From the sequence record SRR31156797_707: a DNA stretch of 20,000 nucleotides; one strand, written 5' to 3'. The first letter of the stretch is position 1; the number at the start of each line of letters is the position of its first letter. Both the position numbers and the translations under genes were made by a program. Shown here piece after piece: positions 14,909-20,000 of the stretch. The notes beneath the pieces are model-generated. The model was given only the letters and a program-made list of their open reading frames with translations, was not told where the DNA came from and searched no databases.

Positions 14909-17563
14909 TTATCTCTTCATGGCTTTAAGTTTTTTCTCTAAAATAGGGATGTCGTCTTTACGTCCCATCTTCTTATAAGCCTCAATAGTCATCATAAGGC
15001 TTTTCGCACTATATTTTGATGTAGGAAACAGATAATGGCTCTTCATGAAGGTAATCGCCGCTGTCTCATACTTCTTATCGTTAAAATCTATCACACCAAT
15101 GTAGTAGTAAGCCGCAGCAAGCCCAGCAGGGTTCCTGTCAGATATCATCTGATCTATGAGCGGTCTGTTCTCGGAGAGTGATTTCTTACCGAGGCTGGCG
15201 AGGTATTTATCAAGACCGGAATAATATCTGTCTGTATCCTTCCCTTTAAAGTAGTTCACAGCTTTTAGTATATCATTCGGTTTACTGTAAAGCTCTATAA
15301 GTTTGCTGTAACCGAGATCACGGAAACGACCGGAATTCTCTGTCATATCTTTGAAAATCTTAAGTGCTTCTTTCGGTTTGGTTGACTGTAAACACTCGCC
15401 TTTAAGGAAAAGTGCATCCTCGCTCCGACCTTCGTTAAGCATTATCTCAGCATCGTTAAGACACTGGTTAACACGACCTGTGTCACGGAAAAGCTTGCCC
15501 CTGAGGAGATAAGCATCGTTCTTATAAGCGGACGTAAGGAAGGTGTCAAAAAAGTTATTCAGAAGTACGGTAGCGAGCTTAGTGTTTTTGATATCTATAG
15601 CCTGAACCGCTGTCTGATATATGAAAAAGTCTTTCTTATCGAACTTAATTTTGATATTTGTGGCACGCCTCGCTGTCTCTTCGAACTTTACATTATCCCT
15701 CATCGCTACATAAACTGACATAAGTCCGTTCCAAGCGTCAAAGCTGTGCTTACCGCTTTTGATAATAGCTTCGTAAAGGTTTGCCGAAGCAACATATTTA
15801 CCCAATGAGAACAGAGATTTAGCCCTCACTATATCAAAGCCTTTCTTACCCTCAGTCTGTTTTAAAACCTCAGCATACCGGCCATTCAAAAACAGGTGTT
15901 CAAGGTAAGCATCCACAAAACCCTTATCGTTCTTATACTTTGTAAAGATCGCCTCAGCATCATAGAAAGAGCCGAGCTTCAGCCAGCAGAGCATGGTTAG
16001 GAAATCTGCATCACGGGTTTTAGTACCCATAAGCTTTATCTGCTGAAGCGCCTGATCGTAATGTTTATTATGGAAAAGTACGGTCGCCCTGATGAGTGCC
16101 GCATCGTCACCACGAACCTTATCAGCGTTTGCCCACGCCAGCTCATAGTTCTCTTTCTCAAGATATATTCGAGCCTTTAAAAGTTTACAAAAATCCTTTT
16201 CGCAGGTGCTTGTGAGCATAAGAGCATCATCGAGCGAACCGGCGAGATATGCCATCTGAGCCAGCATAAACCGACTGACAGTTATCTTCTCTTCGTCCTC
16301 ACTGGTCTCGATAAATTTAAGGAAATATCTCTCTGATCTTTTACGGTCTATCTGTGAATAAGCCAGCCCACGATAATAATAGGCAGACTCGGTAAGTTCG
16401 CTATTGAATATTACAGCATCGAGAAACTTAATAGCCCTCTTGCTGTTGCCGGAGGCTAGGTAGTAAACACCGACATAAAACTTTAAGTAGTCAGCATTTA
16501 TCCTGCTTTTAAATTTAAACTGGGACATAAATTCGAGGTTAAGATCGGGAAATGACTTCCCTATATAATAGTAAAACAGATTGAGCTTATCTTCGTCACT
16601 CTTAAGCTCACTCAGAAGCTCGCCGGCGTGTATGAGGTCGCCGTCTAAAACAGCGGATTTAGCCTTGAGAATAGTCTTCATAGTGCCGTCTTTCATACTA
16701 TCTATCAGTGATAAGGCTGTTATCCGGTCACCTTTCACAAGATAGGCATCAGCCACAAGCCCTATGGTGTTCGCTGTGCTCTTATCTGCGCTGTTTAAAA
16801 CATCTTCGAACCCGCCCTGTGCGTATCTAGCGGTGATATAAAAATCGTAAAATCTGCTGTCTTTTGATGTTATTTCTGATTGATCATCAAATACTTTTAT
16901 AAGCCTGTCTACCCTGCCCAGATTCTGGAGAGCGTAAAGCCAGCTATATAAAGTGTATGGTGTCTGCCTGTCGAGACCGCCTATAAAGATATCGATCTCT
17001 TCGTAAGCCTTGATATCGAGCATATACTGAGCAACCCTGTCAGATGCCACAGTCTTAAAGTGTTCGCCGTTTTTAGCTGTCTCTTTCAGAATTCTTAAAG
17101 ATTTAGAGATTGACCCCGTCTGCATAAGGGCAAATGAGTAAACAAGTCCTACTTCCTCTTCAAAAGAAGTCCCTTTTATCTTCTTCTCGTAATATTTGTC
17201 GTATGAACGGATAACGTCGAGATATTTCTTGTCTAAGTACGCCTTAACGATATTATTACGGTAAGCTCTGTCTCCGACAAAAACAGACGACAGGGATGTC
17301 CCGAAACCGCCGGAATATATCCCGCCAGGATCTTCACTCTCATAATCCTTAGCCTCGCCGGCATTCAGCTTAAAGCTCTCCTGACGAAGATAAGTGTCAA
17401 AGTCTGACTGTACGTTAAATGATACAGAGATATTGCGGAACGAAGGTCTGATGCTGAAGTCAGATATCTCTTTACCTGTGAAGGCAAAGCCCGGAACCTC
17501 TACCCCAGCAAAAGAACTAACGTAAATAAATAAAACAAGTAATACTACTAGAAGTTTTTTCAT
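14909..17563 (-). CDS. Large exported TPR/helical-repeat protein
   Basis: Sec-type signal MKKLLVVLLVLFIYVSSFA; TPR-like units (AYYYRGLAY, AYLLRGKLF, ALFLKGECL); C-terminal CpoB/YbgF-like pair (AYYYIG...FPTSKYSAKSL). Confidence 0.8.
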   Translation of the reverse strand: MKKLLVVLLVLFIYVSSFAGVEVPGFAFTGKEISDFSIRPSFRNISVSFNVQSDFDTYLRQESFKLNAGEAKDYESEDPGGIYSGGFGTSLSSVFVGDRAYRNNIVKAYLDKKYLDVIRSYDKYYEKKIKGTSFEEEVGLVYSFALMQTGSISKSLRILKETAKNGEHFKTVASDRVAQYMLDIKAYEEIDIFIGGLDRQTPYTLYSWLYALQNLGRVDRLIKVFDDQSEITSKDSRFYDFYITARYAQGGFEDVLNSADKSTANTIGLVADAYLVKGDRITALSLIDSMKDGTMKTILKAKSAVLDGDLIHAGELLSELKSDEDKLNLFYYYIGKSFPDLNLEFMSQFKFKSRINADYLKFYVGVYYLASGNSKRAIKFLDAVIFNSELTESAYYYRGLAYSQIDRKRSERYFLKFIETSEDEEKITVSRFMLAQMAYLAGSLDDALMLTSTCEKDFCKLLKARIYLEKENYELAWANADKVRGDDAALIRATVLFHNKHYDQALQQIKLMGTKTRDADFLTMLCWLKLGSFYDAEAIFTKYKNDKGFVDAYLEHLFLNGRYAEVLKQTEGKKGFDIVRAKSLFSLGKYVASANLYEAIIKSGKHSFDAWNGLMSVYVAMRDNVKFEETARRATNIKIKFDKKDFFIYQTAVQAIDIKNTKLATVLLNNFFDTFLTSAYKNDAYLLRGKLFRDTGRVNQCLNDAEIMLNEGRSEDALFLKGECLQSTKPKEALKIFKDMTENSGRFRDLGYSKLIELYSKPNDILKAVNYFKGKDTDRYYSGLDKYLASLGKKSLSENRPLIDQMISDRNPAGLAAAYYYIGVIDFNDKKYETAAITFMKSHYLFPTSKYSAKSLMMTIEAYKKMGRKDDIPILEKKLKAMKR

Positions 17564-17566
17564 TAA

Positions 17567-17692
17567 TTACTCTGATTCAGTTTGTTCTGGTGTTGTCGGG
17601 TTAGTGTCAGAGCATCCGCCCTCGCATCCAACGATTCCGCTGAAAGCTGACACAACAAGAACAGCCAGAATGAATTTTCTAAACAAATTCAC
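17567..17692 (-). CDS. Small putative lipoprotein (41 aa), not in the ORF track
   Basis: GGAGG-6 nt-GTG at 17692 (alternative TTG 17686): MNLFRKFILAVLVVSAFSGIVG-CEGGCSDTNPTTPEQTESE*. Basic n-region, hydrophobic h-region, IVGC lipobox; fills the surE-TPR gap. Confidence 0.7.
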   Translation of the reverse strand: MNLFRKFILAVLVVSAFSGIVGCEGGCSDTNPTTPEQTESE

Positions 17693-18446
17693 CTTTACCC
17701 TCCGTGTCTTTTAGTTGGTCATACATTTTGTGGTCAGTCATGTCGAACATGAGCGGCGTCACACTAGCATAACCATTCTCGACCATATATTCGTCACTCT
17801 CAGGAGTGATGTCGATCTCTTTCTTTTCACCCACAAGCCAGTAATAGCTACCGCCTCTGGGGTCCTGACGTTTGGCAAAGGTATCAAGGAATCTCGAGTT
17901 ACCCTGTCTGGCAAATCTCCACCCCTTTATCTTATCCTTAGACAGTGCAGGAACATTAACGTTCAGTACAGCATTATTCGGCAGGTCGGAATTATGCATA
18001 TATTTAGTAAAATACGCCCCAATCTCAGCAGAAGGGGTGAAATCGAATTTAGATTTTGTAGCGAGGCTCACAGCAACAGAACGAATGCCGAGCATAGCGC
18101 CCTCTGTTGCGGCTGAAACCGTACCAGAATATATCACGTTACTAGCTAGGTTTGCCCCGTGGTTAATACCGGAGACAACAAGGTCAGGCTTCTCTTTCAT
18201 AATGTCAGATAATGCTATCTTAACACAATCAGCCGGAGTTCCTTTTATCCCGTAACCGAAGAATTCGCCAAATTTATAAAAATCTGTAACCCTCAGAGGA
18301 TCAGCGATCGTAATAGCGTGACCAACTGCGGACTGCTCTGTTATCGGTGCGACAACAGTCACCTCTGCAATCTTACAAAGTTCTTTATATAAGGAGTATA
18401 TCCCTTCAGAATAAATCCCGTCGTCATTTGCCAATAGAATTTTCAT
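17679..18446 (-). CDS. surE: 5'/3'-nucleotidase SurE
   Basis: MKILLANDDG, VVAP..EQSAVGH, GTPADCV, SGINHGAN...YSGTVSAA.EG, NVNVP; GAGGT SD before ATG 18446 (ORF track starts at 18458). Confidence 0.95.
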   Translation of the reverse strand: MKILLANDDGIYSEGIYSLYKELCKIAEVTVVAPITEQSAVGHAITIADPLRVTDFYKFGEFFGYGIKGTPADCVKIALSDIMKEKPDLVVSGINHGANLASNVIYSGTVSAATEGAMLGIRSVAVSLATKSKFDFTPSAEIGAYFTKYMHNSDLPNNAVLNVNVPALSKDKIKGWRFARQGNSRFLDTFAKRQDPRGGSYYWLVGEKKEIDITPESDEYMVENGYASVTPLMFDMTDHKMYDQLKDTEGKGEFV

Positions 18447-18587
18447 AACTAACCTCAAATTAATTTATACCATTTATCACTTTTAAGCAATGATCAAGGA
18501 GGTTAATTTTAACCATAAATTGTTAAGGATATTATAAATAATAATTTATGAAGGATAAAGTCTTTCAAGAATTTTAAAGTGATATAA

Positions 18588-18674
18588 GTCACTGCGAGGA
18601 GTGAAACGACGTGGCAATCTTACCCCTTTAGAAAGAGAGTAGATTCTCACGCCGCCTTAAGCTCCTCAAATGAC
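18588..18674. repeat. Palindromic REP/REPIN-like element with GTCA...TGAC ends (copy 2)
   Basis: GTCACTGCGAGGAGTGAAACGACGTGGCAATCT...AGATTCTCACGCCGCC...CTCCTCAAATGAC; ends 13 nt past the amtB stop. Confidence 0.7.
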
Positions 18675-18687
18675 AATATCGTATGTT

Positions 18688-19938
18688 TTAGTTATATGCT
18701 GATTCACCGTGTTGTGAGAGGTCGAGACCTTGTCTCTCGTCATCACCCTCAACACGAAGACCGATAGTAATATCTATCACCTTTAAGATGATAAATGTTG
18801 CAACTACAGTGAACACAAGTGTTACACCTAATGCACCAAGCTGGACAAGAACCTGCTTCGCATTACCGAAGATAAGTCCTGTTCCGCCGATAGAAGCGAA
18901 GAGACCTGTAGCAAGAGCGCCCCATACACCGCCGACACCGTGGATACCTATTACGTCGAGTGAGTCGTCATATTTAAGCTTAAACTTAAGGAATACCGCA
19001 AGATAGCAGAGTATTCCGCCCGCACCACCGATCAGCACCGCAAACATTGGCGAAACAAATCCAGCGGCGTTAGTGATGGATGCAAGACCGGCAATAATAC
19101 CGGAAGAGATACCGAGAGCTGTTGGCTTCCCGCCTTTATACTCCATTAACATCCAAGTGAGTCCTCCCGCACAACCTGCCACAAACGTGTTTACAAAGGC
19201 AACAAATGCCACACCGTCTACAGCAAGAGCGCTTCCCGCATTGAAACCGAACCATCCAAACCATAAGAGCCCTGTACCGAAGACAGTGAGCATAAGGTTA
19301 TGCGGAAGGAATTGAGTCTTAGGAAAACCGTTCCTGTTACCGAGCATTTTGATAAATACAAATGCAGCAACAGCAGAGGAGAAGTGAACGACTATACCGC
19401 CTGCGAAATCGAGTGTTCCCCAATCGCCAAGAAAGCCGCCGCCCCAAACCCAGTGCGCCAGCGGAGCATAAACCGCCAAGCACCAAACAGCTATGAAAGT
19501 TAAGAAAGCTGTAAATTTTACACGTTCAACAATCGAACCACTCAGAAGTGCGCAGGTTATGATTGCGAACATACCCTGAAACATAGCAAAAATAGGCTCA
19601 GGTATTGTACCTCTTACAGCGTCCATAACATTGTTAAAAAAGAAATATTCAGTTCCTCCTATAAATGCATTTCCACCCGGAGCAAAAGCGAGAGAATGCC
19701 CGAAGAAAACCCATAAAAGACCAACAACGAATATTGACACCATACTGTAAAGCATAGTGGAAAGTGTGTTTTTACTGCTAGCCATACCTGTGTAAAACAC
19801 AGCGAGCCCCGGAAGCATAAAAAGCACAAAACATGCTGATATCAGCACCCAAAGTGTGTCTGCTTTGTCTATAACCGCTGCCTCACCAGCCCATACCGAT
19901 ACTGGCAGCAGTGCAAACACTGCTAAAAATTTAATCAC
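18688..19938 (-). CDS. amtB: Ammonium transporter AmtB
   Basis: FQGMFA, HWVWGGG, DFAGGIVVH, LWFGWFGFNAGS, DDSLDVIGIHGVGG, C-terminal GLDLSQHGESAY; twin-His and Phe gate intact; GTG start after GGGGGTG. Confidence 0.95.
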   Translation of the reverse strand: MIKFLAVFALLPVSVWAGEAAVIDKADTLWVLISACFVLFMLPGLAVFYTGMASSKNTLSTMLYSMVSIFVVGLLWVFFGHSLAFAPGGNAFIGGTEYFFFNNVMDAVRGTIPEPIFAMFQGMFAIITCALLSGSIVERVKFTAFLTFIAVWCLAVYAPLAHWVWGGGFLGDWGTLDFAGGIVVHFSSAVAAFVFIKMLGNRNGFPKTQFLPHNLMLTVFGTGLLWFGWFGFNAGSALAVDGVAFVAFVNTFVAGCAGGLTWMLMEYKGGKPTALGISSGIIAGLASITNAAGFVSPMFAVLIGGAGGILCYLAVFLKFKLKYDDSLDVIGIHGVGGVWGALATGLFASIGGTGLIFGNAKQVLVQLGALGVTLVFTVVATFIILKVIDITIGLRVEGDDERQGLDLSQHGESAYN

Positions 19939-19983
19939 GTGTCACCCCCAAAATGACGTATAATTTTAAAACCCTTCTTGTAC

Positions 19984-20000
19984 TGCAATATCAATGCCAG
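19984..20000 (-). promoter_or_regulatory. Sigma54 (-24/-12) promoter of amtB
   Basis: Minus strand CTGGCATTGATATTGCA = GG-N10-GC, ending about 45 nt before the amtB start. Confidence 0.8.

Noticed and set aside
18501-18514. GGTTAA-tt-TTAACC palindrome upstream of surE
   Set aside because: Short, in AT-rich DNA, no second copy or identifiable regulator.
1866-19503. Numerous 60-165 aa alternative-frame or antisense ORFs inside recognised genes (e.g. 3513-3956, 4290-4769, 7633-8124, 17715-18116)
   Set aside because: Nested in well-supported CDSs, no family motifs; explained by the host genes' codon structure.

Overview
Bacterial chromosomal window, roughly 40-45% GC by eye. Gene content and style suggest an anaerobic diderm such as a Deferribacterota/Denitrovibrio-like organism (inference only). 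Left to right: (1) a truncated cNMP-binding+CBS protein gene (minus strand, missed by the ORF track) divergent from a DUF485-actP acetate/solute symporter operon with an intrinsic terminator; (2) an accessory transport block: Gate/nucleoside-recognition protein, EamA, LysE, AraC; (3) a divergent biotin cluster, bioF-hydrolase-bioC / bioA-bioD, without bioB; (4) two paralogous acidic hypothetical genes, each with its own sigma54 promoter, sharing three copies of a 26-aa motif D-x-[VL]-x-LSEEAY-x7-P-x2-L-x2-LGY; (5) a tightly coupled minus-strand operon: surE, unannotated small lipoprotein, large TPR protein, ExbB, ExbD, TonB-like protein, MidA-type methyltransferase; (6) a sigma54-driven stand-alone amtB. 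Best leads: the sigma54 repeat-protein pair (FlgM-like DxVxLS motif, possible flagellar-export substrates); lysE apparently inserted into the 3' end of the AraC gene between TGCT duplications; a missed 41-aa lipoprotein; a probably leaderless bioF mRNA; two related GTCA-ended palindromic REP-like elements; and a perfect TGCGA-N6-TCGCA (CRP-S-like) palindrome upstream of the actP operon.
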